The position numbers and the translations under genes were made by a program. The notes below the pieces were generated by a model that saw nothing but the letters and a program-made list of their open reading frames with translations, had not been told where the DNA came from and searched no databases. 30,011 nucleotides of DNA from Candidatus Omnitrophota bacterium (lineage in GTDB: Bacteria > Ratteibacteria > UBA8468 > MWAK01): the NCBI GenBank assembly GCA_043797665.1, contig JAZDPL010000052.1:1-30011 (forward strand), given 5' to 3'. This document shows, piece by piece, positions 19,352 to 29,029 of the stretch; the stretch's first letter is position 1, and each line of letters opens with the position of its first letter.

Positions 19352-19383
19352 TGTCATTCCTGCGGATAGTAAGCAGGAATCCA
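19352..19383 (+). repeat. TGTCA-type REP-like palindrome
   Basis: TGTCATTCCTGC-GGATAGTAA-GCAGGAATCCA directly after the TAA stop. Confidence 0.85.
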
Positions 19384-19403
19384 ATAGATTGAAAGGGGGG
19401 GGT

Positions 19404-19709
19404 ATGGAGTTAAGGATTACCGTACGTAAAAACGCAGAAGTTTCGCCGGCGTTAGAAGATTATCTCCGAAAGAAAGTGGAAAGGTTGGAACACTTTACCA
19501 ACCAGGAAAGTTTCAGGGTCGAAGCGATTCTTTCCCAGGATCGGTTTCAGAAAGTTTGCGAATTGTTGGTCCACCTTAAAAAGAAGGAGATTTTTGCGCG
19601 AAGCGTGGCGACAGATTTCAATGCGGCGATTGATGAAACCAGCCAGCGGGTAAAGTTACAGATGGAAAAGTATTTTAAAAAGAAAATTAGCGCCAAAAGG
19701 AGGGTTTAA
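19404..19709 (+). CDS. hpf: ribosome hibernation promoting factor (short HPF/RaiA)
   Basis: ITVRKN.EVSPALEDY..KKVERLE ... DFNAAID; ATG 19404 follows a G-rich SD. Confidence 0.85.
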   Translation: MELRITVRKNAEVSPALEDYLRKKVERLEHFTNQESFRVEAILSQDRFQKVCELLVHLKKKEIFARSVATDFNAAIDETSQRVKLQMEKYFKKKISAKRRV

Positions 19710-20173
19710 TGAAAATCACGGAGTTTTTGATTCCGGAAGCAATTATTTCAGGTTTACGCAATTCCGGAAAAGATGGTGTAATCAGGGAAATGATTGAAGC
19801 TTTGGCTAAATCAGGTCAGGTTAAAAATATTTCGCGTACGGTGGAAGTCCTTCTGGAACGGGAAAAATTGGGAAGTACCGGAATCGGACAAAACATTGCG
19901 GTTCCTCACGCTAAAAGCGATGAGGTTAAGACCCTGCTGGTAAGTGTAGGGATTTCGGAGAAAGGAGTTGATTTTGAGTCTCTTGACGGGGACCCGGTCA
20001 ACATTATCTTTTTAGTTATTGCACCGATTGATGCGACCGGACTTCATCTTAAGGTCCTGGCACGGATTGCCCGTCTTTTGAAAGACAAGGTTTTCCGGAA
20101 TTCTCTCCGCGGGTGCAAGACCGCCGAAGCAATTTACCAGACGATTAAGGAGGAAGACGAAAGGGCGGTATGA
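19709..20173 (+). CDS. ptsN: PTS EIIA (Ntr/fructose-type)
   Basis: REKLGSTGIG...AVPHAK, FESLDG.PV and HLKVLARIARL. Confidence 0.85.
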   Translation: MKITEFLIPEAIISGLRNSGKDGVIREMIEALAKSGQVKNISRTVEVLLEREKLGSTGIGQNIAVPHAKSDEVKTLLVSVGISEKGVDFESLDGDPVNIIFLVIAPIDATGLHLKVLARIARLLKDKVFRNSLRGCKTAEAIYQTIKEEDERAV

Positions 20174-21903
20174 ATAGATTGAAAGGAATAGGCGTTTCTC
20201 CGGGTATTGTTATCGGTGCCGCCTATAAAGTTCCGGAACTGCGCCAGTTTGTGCCTGAGACGCGACTGAAACCCGGCGAGAGCGAATCTGAAATCAACCG
20301 CCTGGAGAAGTCTTTTGCCGAGACGGAATCGGAATTGAAGAAAATCAGGGCACAGGTTGTTCAGAAATCCGGTTCTCCTGAAGCCGAAATTTTTAACGTC
20401 GGCATACTTTTTCTCCATGATAAGAAACTTAAAGCCAAGATTTTGGAGAAAATAAAAGAGGGGACCAACGCTGCCCGTGCGGTTCAATTGGTTGTCCATC
20501 AATACAATGAGTCTTTCGGGAAATCAAAAGATGTTTATCTGAAAGACAGGCGGTTTGACTTAGACGATGTGGGCAAACGTCTGGTACGGAACCTTTTAGG
20601 TCTGAAAAGCTACCTGAGCGACCTTAAGGAGAAAGTAATTCTGATTGCTTATAGCCTTTCCCCTTCAGAAACCGCGTCTCTGGACAAAAAGATGGTTTCC
20701 GCTTTTGTTACTGACGTTGGGGGACCGACTTCCCATACCGCCATTATGGCGCGCGCCCTGGAAATTCCGGCGGTGGTTGGGCTGAAAGGGATAACCGGTG
20801 TCGTTGAATCTGACGAAACACTTATTGTTGACGGCCAGTCCGGAGTGGTTATTGTCGCTCCGGATGAGTTTACCTTAAAAGAGTATGCCCGGAGGCAGAC
20901 CGACCTGCGTCGGATACACAAAACCCTTTTACCGTTGAGAGACGTGGTGGCTTCCACTGCTGATGGACACCGGATTAAGATTGGCGCCAACATTGAGTTA
21001 CCTAACGAGGTTACCTCGGTTTTAGCGCACGGTGCGGATGAGATCGGGCTTTTTCGCACCGAATTTTTGTATCTCAACCGGGAGGATTTGCCGACCGAAG
21101 AAGAACAGTTTCGGGTGTATCGTCACGTGGTGGAAAAGGTGAAGACCTTGCCGGTAACCATCAGGACCCTGGACTTAGGTGGGGACAAATTTGCGTCCGC
21201 CCTGGATATTCCGGAAGAAGTTAATCCTTTTTTGGGTTGGCGGGCCATCCGTTTTTGTCTTTCTCAACCGGACCTTTTCCGGACCCAACTCCGTGCGATT
21301 TTACGAGCCAGCGCCTATGGTTCGGTAAGGGTAATGTATCCGTTGGTTTCCGACGTAGAAGAGATAAAGTCAGCCGGTGCGATTCTGGAGGAGGCAAAAA
21401 GAGAATTGCGTGCCGAGGGTAAGGATTTTAACCCGGCTATTCCGGTTGGCGCAATGATTGAAGTCCCTTCGGCTGCTTTAACCGCGTCGACAATTGCCCG
21501 TCACGTTAATTTTTTCAGCATCGGGACCAATGATTTAGTTCAATATACTCTTGCGGTGGACAGAATAAACGAACGGATTGCATACCTTTATAACCCGGCC
21601 CACCCGGCAATTTTGCGCCTCATCGCGGAGGTGCTCAGAGTGGCTCACCAGGCTGGTATTGGAGTGGGAATATGCGGAGAAATGGCTGCAGACCCGGCAA
21701 TAGCTTTTCTTTTAATTGGAATGGGGATTGATGAATTGTCAATGGCACCGCTGGCTATTCCTGAGGTCAAACAGATGACCGTTTCCGTTACTTTTGCCGA
21801 TGCCAAAAAGTTTGCCCAGAAGATTCAGGCTCTGGATTCCACCTCAGAGATAACCTCGCTTTTAAAAGAGCATTACGAAAAAATCTTAAAGAAACAGGGA
21901 TGA
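20170..21903 (+). CDS. ptsI: PEP-protein phosphotransferase (enzyme I)
   Basis: TSHTAIMAR, GLFRTEFL, RTLDLGGDK, NPFLGWRAIR, SIGTNDL and CGEMA; no GAF domain. Confidence 0.95.
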   Translation: MNRLKGIGVSPGIVIGAAYKVPELRQFVPETRLKPGESESEINRLEKSFAETESELKKIRAQVVQKSGSPEAEIFNVGILFLHDKKLKAKILEKIKEGTNAARAVQLVVHQYNESFGKSKDVYLKDRRFDLDDVGKRLVRNLLGLKSYLSDLKEKVILIAYSLSPSETASLDKKMVSAFVTDVGGPTSHTAIMARALEIPAVVGLKGITGVVESDETLIVDGQSGVVIVAPDEFTLKEYARRQTDLRRIHKTLLPLRDVVASTADGHRIKIGANIELPNEVTSVLAHGADEIGLFRTEFLYLNREDLPTEEEQFRVYRHVVEKVKTLPVTIRTLDLGGDKFASALDIPEEVNPFLGWRAIRFCLSQPDLFRTQLRAILRASAYGSVRVMYPLVSDVEEIKSAGAILEEAKRELRAEGKDFNPAIPVGAMIEVPSAALTASTIARHVNFFSIGTNDLVQYTLAVDRINERIAYLYNPAHPAILRLIAEVLRVAHQAGIGVGICGEMAADPAIAFLLIGMGIDELSMAPLAIPEVKQMTVSVTFADAKKFAQKIQALDSTSEITSLLKEHYEKILKKQG

Positions 21904-23000
21904 GAATGCTTAAAATAAAAGGAGATTTTGTTGTCGAGAGCAGTCTGTCTAAGGAACAGAATCTGAAAAAGGCTATCGAAAAATTTGACCTTTCCGGAAT
22001 GTCGGGGCGTTTGCAGGATTTTCCCGGACAAATACGTGCTTTTCAGCATGTACAGGAAACGCCCAAACTAGATTTAAAAAGAGGAACCGTAAAAAAAATC
22101 ATTTTTTCCGGGCTGGGAGGTTCTGCCATTTGTGGTGATTTAATCCGCGATGCCTTTATGGATGTTTTAGAAGTTCCCATTTTTGTCAACCGGGACTATC
22201 ATCTGCCGGCGTGGTCTGATAAGGAAACATTGAATATACTCATCAGTTATTCCGGGAATACCGAGGAGACGCTTTCTGCTTACCGGGAAGTATTGGCGAA
22301 AGGCGCACCCCTTACGGTTATCTGCAGCGGCGGTCGTCTGGCCGAACTGGCAAAGGGGGATGGAACCCCTGGCATAAAAGTTCCTGCGGGATACCCGCCC
22401 CGGACCGCCTTGGGTTACCTTTTTTGTTCCGCGGTCAACATCCTGATGAAAGGGGGTATTCTGCCTCCTTCTTCTCTAAGCAGTGAACTGGTGAAATCCG
22501 TAAAACTGACTGCGGAAGCGATGGATGTACGGATTCATTTCGGGAAGAATCCGGCCCGGCAGTTAGCCTCGGTTTTAAAGGGAAGCGTACCGGTAATTTA
22601 CAGCGCTAATTCGTTAAGTGCGGTGGCAACCCGGTGGAAGACCCAGTTGGAGGAAAACAGCAAAACCCTTGCTTTTACCGGTCTGATGCCCGAGATGAAC
22701 CATAATGAAGTTGTCGGTTGGAAATATCCGCGAATCTTGTTGAAAAGATTGAGCGTAATCTTTTTGCGTGACCGCACGGAAGACCCGCAGATTAAGAAGC
22801 GATTTCCGATTACCGCTGATTTACTTCAACCCCGACGGTTCCTTGTTGAGGTAGAAGGTACGTCTAATAACTTTCTGGTTCGGCTTTTCACCCTGCTTAT
22901 TTTCGGAGACTGGGTTAGTTATTATCTGGCTTTGGAAAATCAGGCTGACCCAACGCCGGTTGACCGTATTACCCAACTGAAAAAGAAACTGGCGGAATAA
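21900..23000 (+). CDS. bifunctional phosphoglucose/phosphomannose isomerase
   Basis: GLGGSAI, SYSGNTEET, PPRTA, RWKTQLEENSK, PEMNHNE and DPTPV..I..LK. Confidence 0.9.
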   Translation: MRMLKIKGDFVVESSLSKEQNLKKAIEKFDLSGMSGRLQDFPGQIRAFQHVQETPKLDLKRGTVKKIIFSGLGGSAICGDLIRDAFMDVLEVPIFVNRDYHLPAWSDKETLNILISYSGNTEETLSAYREVLAKGAPLTVICSGGRLAELAKGDGTPGIKVPAGYPPRTALGYLFCSAVNILMKGGILPPSSLSSELVKSVKLTAEAMDVRIHFGKNPARQLASVLKGSVPVIYSANSLSAVATRWKTQLEENSKTLAFTGLMPEMNHNEVVGWKYPRILLKRLSVIFLRDRTEDPQIKKRFPITADLLQPRRFLVEVEGTSNNFLVRLFTLLIFGDWVSYYLALENQADPTPVDRITQLKKKLAE

Positions 23001-23002
23001 TC

Positions 23003-23067
23003 TGTCATTCCTGCATGCTTTAGGCAGGAATCCATTAGATTCCCGTTTACTACACACGGGAATGACA
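23003..23067 (+). repeat. TGTCA-type REP-like inverted doublet
   Basis: TGTCATTCCTGC..GCAGGAATCCA then GATTCCCGT..ACGGGAATGACA; fills the PGI/PMI-metK spacer. Confidence 0.85.
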
Positions 23068-23081
23068 TCAAGGAGAACAAT

Positions 23082-24224
23082 ATGGAAAAAGGAAAGTATC
23101 TTTTTACTTCGGAATCGGTGACCGAGGGACACCCGGATAAGATCTGCGACCAGATTGCAGATAGTATTCTGGATGAGATTCTGCGTCAGGACCCGAATGG
23201 TCGGGTTGCCTGTGAAACTCTGGTAACCCGGGGTCTGGTTTTTATCGCCGGAGAAATTACCACCAAAGCCCGGCTTGATATTCCAAAAATTGCGCGTGGA
23301 CTGGTCCGTGAAGTAGGTTATACTGACCCGACGTATGGATTCCACTGGGCGGAGAGTTCTGTAATTACAGCGGTTCAGGAACAGTCTCCGGATATTGCTT
23401 TAGGGGTAGATACCGGAGGCGCCGGTGACCAGGGTTTGATGTTCGGTTACGCCTGTACCGAAACGCCGGCGTTGATGCCGTTACCCATTATGTTAGCCCA
23501 TCAATTGGTTCAACGTCTGGCTGCGGTGCGTCGGGAAGGGGTCTTGCCTTATTTACGACCGGATGGAAAGAGCCAGGTGACGGTTCGTTATGAAGACGGT
23601 ATTCCCAGAGAGGTTACCTGTGTGGTGTTGGCCGCCCAGCACAATCCGGGAATTGAGCAGAAAAAGATTCGTGACGATTTAACCCGGGAGATTATTTCCA
23701 AGGTGATTTCAAAGGAGATGTTATCTCCGGAGATGAAGGTTTTTGTTAATCCAACCGGGAGTTTTGTAGTTGGGGGCCCTCAGGGTGATACCGGGGTAAC
23801 CGGCCGGAAGATTATCGTAGATACTTACGGTGGATTCGGTCGGCACGGCGGAGGTTGTTTTTCCGGAAAAGACCCGACGAAAGTAGACCGTTCCGGTTCT
23901 TACCTTGCCCGTTACTTGGCGAAAAATATAGTTGCCGCCGGGATTTGTCAGCGCTGTGAAATTCAAATCGCTTATGTGATTGGCGAACAACAGCCGCTTT
24001 CGTTGTATCTGAATACTTATGGGACCGGGGTTATTCCAGAGGATAAGATTCAGAAATTTATCCAGAATGGCTTTGACCTTTCACCCCGGGGTATTATTAA
24101 GATGCTGGACCTTCTGAAACCCCGTTACCTGAAGACCGCTTCTTACGGACATTTTGGACGTACCGAACCGGAGTTCACCTGGGAACGTATTGACCTGGTT
24201 GAAGACTTCCGTACTTTGTTATAA
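23082..24224 (+). CDS. metK: S-adenosylmethionine synthetase
   Basis: [19 protein letters not shown] and [16 protein letters not shown]. Confidence 0.98.
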   Translation: MEKGKYLFTSESVTEGHPDKICDQIADSILDEILRQDPNGRVACETLVTRGLVFIAGEITTKARLDIPKIARGLVREVGYTDPTYGFHWAESSVITAVQEQSPDIALGVDTGGAGDQGLMFGYACTETPALMPLPIMLAHQLVQRLAAVRREGVLPYLRPDGKSQVTVRYEDGIPREVTCVVLAAQHNPGIEQKKIRDDLTREIISKVISKEMLSPEMKVFVNPTGSFVVGGPQGDTGVTGRKIIVDTYGGFGRHGGGCFSGKDPTKVDRSGSYLARYLAKNIVAAGICQRCEIQIAYVIGEQQPLSLYLNTYGTGVIPEDKIQKFIQNGFDLSPRGIIKMLDLLKPRYLKTASYGHFGRTEPEFTWERIDLVEDFRTLL

Positions 24225-24228
24225 ATTG

Positions 24229-24278
24229 GTAGGGGTCGGATTTATCCGACCCGCGGGCTTGATGAATCAAGCCCCTAC
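24229..24278 (+). repeat. GTAG-type REP doublet
   Basis: GTAGGGGTCGGATTTATCCGACCC-GC-GGGCTTGATGAATCAAGCCCCTAC; exact reverse complement at 27639-27688. Confidence 0.92.
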
Positions 24279-24293
24279 AGGTTTTGAATATTT

Positions 24294-24956
24294 ATGGTAA
24301 TTGGTCTGACCGGAATTTTCGGGTCCGGAAAGAGCGCGGTCCTGAGATTTTTCCGGCGAAGGGGAGCGTCTACGATTTCTGCAGATAGCCTTGTCCACGT
24401 TCTTTTACGCCAGGAAAATGTAAAGCAAAAAATCACCGCCGGGTTTGGTCCGGGAATTCTTAACAAAGGTAAGATTGACCGGCCGGCACTGGCAAAAATA
24501 GTCTTCAGGAATAACGCAAAACGTAAAATCCTGGAACGGATTCTTCATCCTCTGGTTAAGGCCAGGATTAAAAAGAAGATCGAGTCAAGGGAAAATCCCC
24601 CTCAATCCCCCTACCTTGATGGTAGGGGACCCGCCTTTTGCAAAGGGGGAAGAAGGGGGATTAGAAAAAAATTAGTGGTGGTGGAAGTACCGCTGCTTTT
24701 TGAAAGCGGCTTTACGGACCTCTTCGATTACACTATCTGCGTTTCGGCGCCCGCCGGAACAATTCGTGAGCGGATGCAGAAAAAAGGGTTTTCTGAGGCT
24801 GAAATTGAGCAACGCTGGGCAATCCAATGGAGGCTTTCCGAGAAAGAAAAAAAGAGCGATTCGGTGATTGATAACAGCGGGTCTCTTTTTAATACTAAAA
24901 AACAGGTGGATATTATATTAGAGGTTGCTAAAGGGAGGACAAGATGTCAGAGGTGA
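24294..24956 (+). CDS. coaE: dephospho-CoA kinase with a 23-aa repeat-derived insertion
   Basis: [34 protein letters not shown] and VIDNSG. Confidence 0.93.
   Translation: MVIGLTGIFGSGKSAVLRFFRRRGASTISADSLVHVLLRQENVKQKITAGFGPGILNKGKIDRPALAKIVFRNNAKRKILERILHPLVKARIKKKIESRENPPQSPYLDGRGPAFCKGGRRGIRKKLVVVEVPLLFESGFTDLFDYTICVSAPAGTIRERMQKKGFSEAEIEQRWAIQWRLSEKEKKSDSVIDNSGSLFNTKKQVDIILEVAKGRTRCQR
24594..24662 (+). repeat. C/G-rich palindromic element inside coaE with a nested hairpin
   Basis: AATCCCCCT..TCCCCC / GGGGGA..AGGGGGATT outer arms; inner CCCCTACC-TTGAT-GGTAGGGG; 69 bp. Confidence 0.85.
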
Positions 24957-26236
24957 GTAAGCAGTTGAATCTCTCGGAATTGAAAGAAACGCCGGTGGCG
25001 GAATTGCAGAAGATTGCCCGTTCTCTTGGTACCGAAAGTGTCTCGGGTCTGAAGAAGCAGGAAATAATTTTTAAAATCCTGCAGACTCAGGCAGAGAAGA
25101 ACGGGCTTCTTTTCGGGGAAGGGGTCTTGGAGGTGTTACTCCCGGAGGGTTTTGGATTTTTGCGCAGTCCAAATTACAATTATATCTCCAGCCCGGACGA
25201 CATTTATGTTTCGCCTTCCCAGATTAAAAAGTTTAACCTGATTACCGGTGATACCGTGAGCGGCCAGATTAGACCACCCAAAGAGGGGGAGCGATACTTT
25301 GCACTCCTTCGTGTGGAAGCGGTAAACGGTGAGAATCCGGAAAGTGTCAGGGACCGGGTTCCTTTTGAAAATCTTACTCCGCTCTATCCAACCAAACGGT
25401 TTCTTTTGGAAACCAAAGCCGAGGAACTCTCAACGCGGGTGATGGATTTGGTTACTCCCATCGGTAAAGGTCAGCGGGGTCTTATCGTTTCACCGCCCCG
25501 GGCAGGTAAGACCGTCATTCTCCAGAAGATAGCGGCCGGTATTACCACCAATAATCCTGAAGTTCACCTCATCGTTCTTCTGGTGGGCGAAAGACCGGAA
25601 GAAGTGACCGAGATGGAGCGGTCGGTAAGAGGAGAAGTTATCAGTGCAACTTTTGACGAACCGCCGGAGAGGCACGTTCAGGTGGCAGAGATGGTTCTGG
25701 AAAAAGCCAAACGGATGGTGGAACATAAAAAAGATGTCGTGATATTATTGGATAGCATTACCAGACTTGCCCGTGCTTACAATGCGATTGTATCCCATAC
25801 GGGGAAGGTAATGTCGGGTGGTTTGGAATCCAACGCCCTGGAAAAGCCGAAACGTTTTTTTGGTGCGGCACGTAACGTGGAGGAGGGCGGGAGTCTTACC
25901 ATCATGGGGACCGCCTTGGTGGATACCGGCAGCCGCATGGACGACGTAATATTTGAGGAGTTCAAAGGTACGGGAAATATGGAGGTTAACCTTGACCGTC
26001 ATTTAGCCGAAAGGAGGACCTGGCCCGCCATTGATATTAACAAGAGCGGTACCCGCCGGGAAGAATTGCTCCTTGACCCGGACGAATTGAAACGGGTCTG
26101 GCTTTTGCGAAAGCTTTTGGCATCTCTTCCGCCGGAAGAGGCGATGTCAATGCTCCTGGACCGTCTGCGGAAGACCGGTTCCAACGCGGAATTTCTCCTT
26201 TCTATCAAAACCGAGGATGTTAACTCCCTTCGGTAA
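24944..26236 (+). CDS. rho: transcription termination factor Rho
   Basis: [43 protein letters not shown] and FKGTGNME. Confidence 0.98.
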   Translation: MSEVSKQLNLSELKETPVAELQKIARSLGTESVSGLKKQEIIFKILQTQAEKNGLLFGEGVLEVLLPEGFGFLRSPNYNYISSPDDIYVSPSQIKKFNLITGDTVSGQIRPPKEGERYFALLRVEAVNGENPESVRDRVPFENLTPLYPTKRFLLETKAEELSTRVMDLVTPIGKGQRGLIVSPPRAGKTVILQKIAAGITTNNPEVHLIVLLVGERPEEVTEMERSVRGEVISATFDEPPERHVQVAEMVLEKAKRMVEHKKDVVILLDSITRLARAYNAIVSHTGKVMSGGLESNALEKPKRFFGAARNVEEGGSLTIMGTALVDTGSRMDDVIFEEFKGTGNMEVNLDRHLAERRTWPAIDINKSGTRREELLLDPDELKRVWLLRKLLASLPPEEAMSMLLDRLRKTGSNAEFLLSIKTEDVNSLR

Positions 26237-26250
26237 GCAATAACTCCGTG

Positions 26251-27597
26251 TCATCCGCCCAACTCCTTTTCGGTTTCTGTTATTGCCTCTTCGATTATTT
26301 CTATTCCTTTTGCGGCTGCCTCTTTGCTCATAATAATGGGTGGTGAGAGACGTAAAATATGTCCCGCCGGTACCCACGCCAGGCCCTTGCGGAAAGCTTT
26401 CCGGTAAACCATCTTTCCTGCTTCCTCAAAAGGTTCCCGGGTATTCCGGTCTTTCACCAGTTCAATGCCAAGAAGACAGCCCTTACCGCGGACTTCTCCT
26501 ACGATGGGATGGGATTCTTGTATCTTTTGGAGCAGACCTAACATGAATTTTCCTAATTCTTCCGAATGCCGGCAGAGGTTTTCTTCTTCAATTATTTCAA
26601 TCGAGGCTAAAGCCGCAGCGCAGGCCATCGGATTGCCGCCGTAACTGGTGGAAGCGGATATCTTTTCCAGGCTTTCTTTATACTTATCCGATATCACCAT
26701 CGCGGTTACCGGAAACCCGTTACCGAATGATTTACCCAGGACAAGAACATCAGGGATGGTATTCCAGTGTTCCATGGCAAACATTTTCCCGGTTCTGCCC
26801 ATACAGGTCAAAACTTCGTCCGCCATAAGAAGAAGTCCGTATTTGTCGCACAGAATTCTAATTTTTTGAATCCAGCCGTCCGGAGGAACGATCGAGCCGG
26901 CCCAACCCTGAATCGGTTCCAGGACGATGCCGGCCACCTGGCCGCTGGTCTCGTTTTTAATGACGGTTTCAATATAATCGACGCAGTGAAGATTACATTC
27001 CGGGTAGTTTAGTTTAAAGGCACACCGGTAACAGTACCCTCTGGGCACCAGAAAGAAACCCGGAGCCCGCATCCCCTGGGTTTTGTCCACACCGGCTAAA
27101 CTGACCGCTCCCAGCGTCTTTCCGTGAAAATCCCGGTGGAAGGAAATAAATTCAAATTTATTGGTAGCCGCCCTGATGGCACGTAATCCTGCCTCTACCG
27201 CGGTAGTTCCGCTGTCGTAAAATTGGATGCCGTTAAGGTCGCCCGGAGTAACCGCCGCCAACTTCTCCAACAGGCGGGTTTTGATGGGTGTGGTGAAATC
27301 ATGGCAGTTCATCAGAGTCCGGGCATATTTAGCCACCGCTTCACTTACTTTCGGATGGCAGTGTCCTAAACTGGTAACGTAGATGCCGGAGGAAAAGTCT
27401 AAGTAGGTGTTGCCGTCCACATCGGTCAGAGTAACTCCGCAGCCCTTTTCAAAGACGACCGGAAAGAGTTTGACCTGACTGGAATACCCTTTCATATACT
27501 TACTTGCCCGGTCATGGTATCCTTTAGATTTTGGACCGGGTGGAGTCACTTTAATATCAGGAACCTCCTGTAGATTAACATCTGCCCAGTAACTCAT
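26251..27597 (-). CDS. class III PLP-dependent aminotransferase-family enzyme (GabT-like)
   Basis: DVDGN.YLDF, FHGKT, EPIQG, ADEV...GRTG, GKSFGNG, SYGGNP and VRGKG. Confidence 0.88.
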   Translation of the reverse strand: MSYWADVNLQEVPDIKVTPPGPKSKGYHDRASKYMKGYSSQVKLFPVVFEKGCGVTLTDVDGNTYLDFSSGIYVTSLGHCHPKVSEAVAKYARTLMNCHDFTTPIKTRLLEKLAAVTPGDLNGIQFYDSGTTAVEAGLRAIRAATNKFEFISFHRDFHGKTLGAVSLAGVDKTQGMRAPGFFLVPRGYCYRCAFKLNYPECNLHCVDYIETVIKNETSGQVAGIVLEPIQGWAGSIVPPDGWIQKIRILCDKYGLLLMADEVLTCMGRTGKMFAMEHWNTIPDVLVLGKSFGNGFPVTAMVISDKYKESLEKISASTSYGGNPMACAAALASIEIIEEENLCRHSEELGKFMLGLLQKIQESHPIVGEVRGKGCLLGIELVKDRNTREPFEEAGKMVYRKAFRKGLAWVPAGHILRLSPPIIMSKEAAAKGIEIIEEAITETEKELGG

Positions 27598-27611
27598 ATA
27601 GCCTCCAACAG

Positions 27612-27633
27612 ATAGCGGTGCGATTTATCGCAC
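27612..27633 (+). repeat. single GTAG-like REP (ATAG variant)
   Basis: ATAGCG-GTGCGA-TTTA-TCGCAC; same layout as 29030-29052. Confidence 0.65.
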
Positions 27634-27638
27634 AAATT

Positions 27639-27688
27639 GTAGGGGCTTGATTCATCAAGCCCGCGGGTCGGATAAATCCGACCCCTAC
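27639..27688 (-). repeat. GTAG-type REP doublet, inverted copy of 24229-24278
   Basis: 50/50 identity; its TAG (27687-27685) is the stop codon of the kinase. Confidence 0.92.
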
Positions 27689-28995
27689 AAAGCCAGCAGT
27701 GCGGCGCCTTTAGCAGCCGCTTCGGTTACTTCCGGCACCGAAACTTTCAGTTTAGTGAATTCGGAAAGCATCGGAGCCAGGAGCGGTTCCTTAGCGCCGC
27801 CCCCAACCAAAAACAATTTTTTTATCACCAGTTCGTTTCGTATCTGCTCAAGATAAGCGTTGACTTCATTTACCAGTGCTTTTAATGCCGCCAGGTATAT
27901 TTCTTCCGGTTTACTGGCTAAACTCAGATTCCGGATGGTACCCTTACCCCGACTGAAATAAGGTTCCACCTTTAGTGTTGCCCTTTCCAATCCTATAGAA
28001 AGGGGGACCCGTATTCCCGCGTACTTCCTTTCTGTCATTCCCGCGTGCAGTAAGCGGGAATCCATAGAAAAACGCAAGTTTTTTTTGAGCCAATCCAGTA
28101 CCACACCACCGTCTCCCATCGCTCTCATCAATCCGAAATAATCTTTTTTAAGATGTCTGCCCGGACTCCAGAAGGAATTGGTTTTAAAAACGGGTTTTTT
28201 CGTGCAGACCAGAAGAGCCCAGGCAGTACCGCAGGATATCAGACAGTCACCGGGTCCAACCGCCCCGGCGCCTAAAGAAGCGCAATACTGGTCGTGCCCG
28301 CCGGAAATGACCGGGATACCTTCTTTTAAATTCAATATATTTGCCGCTTCCCGGTTCAGTTTTCCGCCGATGCTGCCGGCGGGTATGAGTTCCGGCAACG
28401 TCTCTTTTTTCATCCGGACGATGTCCAGCAGTTCCTTGTCCCAGTCTCCGGAGTTTATGTTAAAGAAGGAGGTCATACCGGCTGCGGTCTGGTCGATAAA
28501 GAACCTTCCGGTAAGTTTCTGGTTGAGATAATCGGCCACAAAGGAAATTCGCCGAATGCGGTGAAAGGGGACAGGCTCGTTTTTTTGGAGCCATAAGATG
28601 ACCGCTGTCGGACACCAACCTTCGAGGTAATGGCCGGTTTTGCGAAAGAAAAAATCTTTTCCGTATTTAGAATCCAGACCTTTTGCGATAGATTCCGCGC
28701 GGTTGTCAAGCCAGGTTATCCCGGGACCCAGGGGTTTTAAACCTTTATCTAAGGCGACAAAAGTCCCGCCCTGACTGCTGGTGACGATTGCCTCTATTTC
28801 AGGGTGTTTTTGTAAGCGTAATTTTTTAATCGCTTCAACCGCTGATTTCCACCAGTCTTCGGCACGTTGTTCTACCTTACCGGAGAGGAGGTGGAATGTT
28901 TTGGTCGGGCTGGCGGTCCCGGCTACTATATTCCCCCGGTGGTCAAAGAAGAAGGCTTTTGTGTTGGTGGTCCCGCTGTCAATGACTAAAATCAT
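27685..28995 (-). CDS. FGGY-family carbohydrate kinase with a repeat-derived internal segment
   Basis: IDSGTTNTK, EQ....WW, ITWLDNR, GGHDQ, SCGTA, VGGGAK and EAAAKGAALLA. Confidence 0.88.
   Translation of the reverse strand: MILVIDSGTTNTKAFFFDHRGNIVAGTASPTKTFHLLSGKVEQRAEDWWKSAVEAIKKLRLQKHPEIEAIVTSSQGGTFVALDKGLKPLGPGITWLDNRAESIAKGLDSKYGKDFFFRKTGHYLEGWCPTAVILWLQKNEPVPFHRIRRISFVADYLNQKLTGRFFIDQTAAGMTSFFNINSGDWDKELLDIVRMKKETLPELIPAGSIGGKLNREAANILNLKEGIPVISGGHDQYCASLGAGAVGPGDCLISCGTAWALLVCTKKPVFKTNSFWSPGRHLKKDYFGLMRAMGDGGVVLDWLKKNLRFSMDSRLLHAGMTERKYAGIRVPLSIGLERATLKVEPYFSRGKGTIRNLSLASKPEEIYLAALKALVNEVNAYLEQIRNELVIKKLFLVGGGAKEPLLAPMLSEFTKLKVSVPEVTEAAAKGAALLAL
27981..28064 (+). repeat. composite TGTCA-type REP-like element inside the kinase CDS
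   Basis: TGTCATTCCCGC-GTGCAGTAA-GCGGGAATCCA at 28033-28064; 28013-28041 identical to intergenic 29062-29090; extra hairpin at 27981-28004. Confidence 0.85.
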
Positions 28996-29029
28996 CAGTA
29001 ATACTCTCCCTTTTGTCTTGTATTAAACT

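Noticed and set aside
23001..23081. SAM riboswitch before metK
   Set aside because: The spacer is fully explained by a TGTCA-type REP doublet plus the SD; no SAM-I/II consensus.
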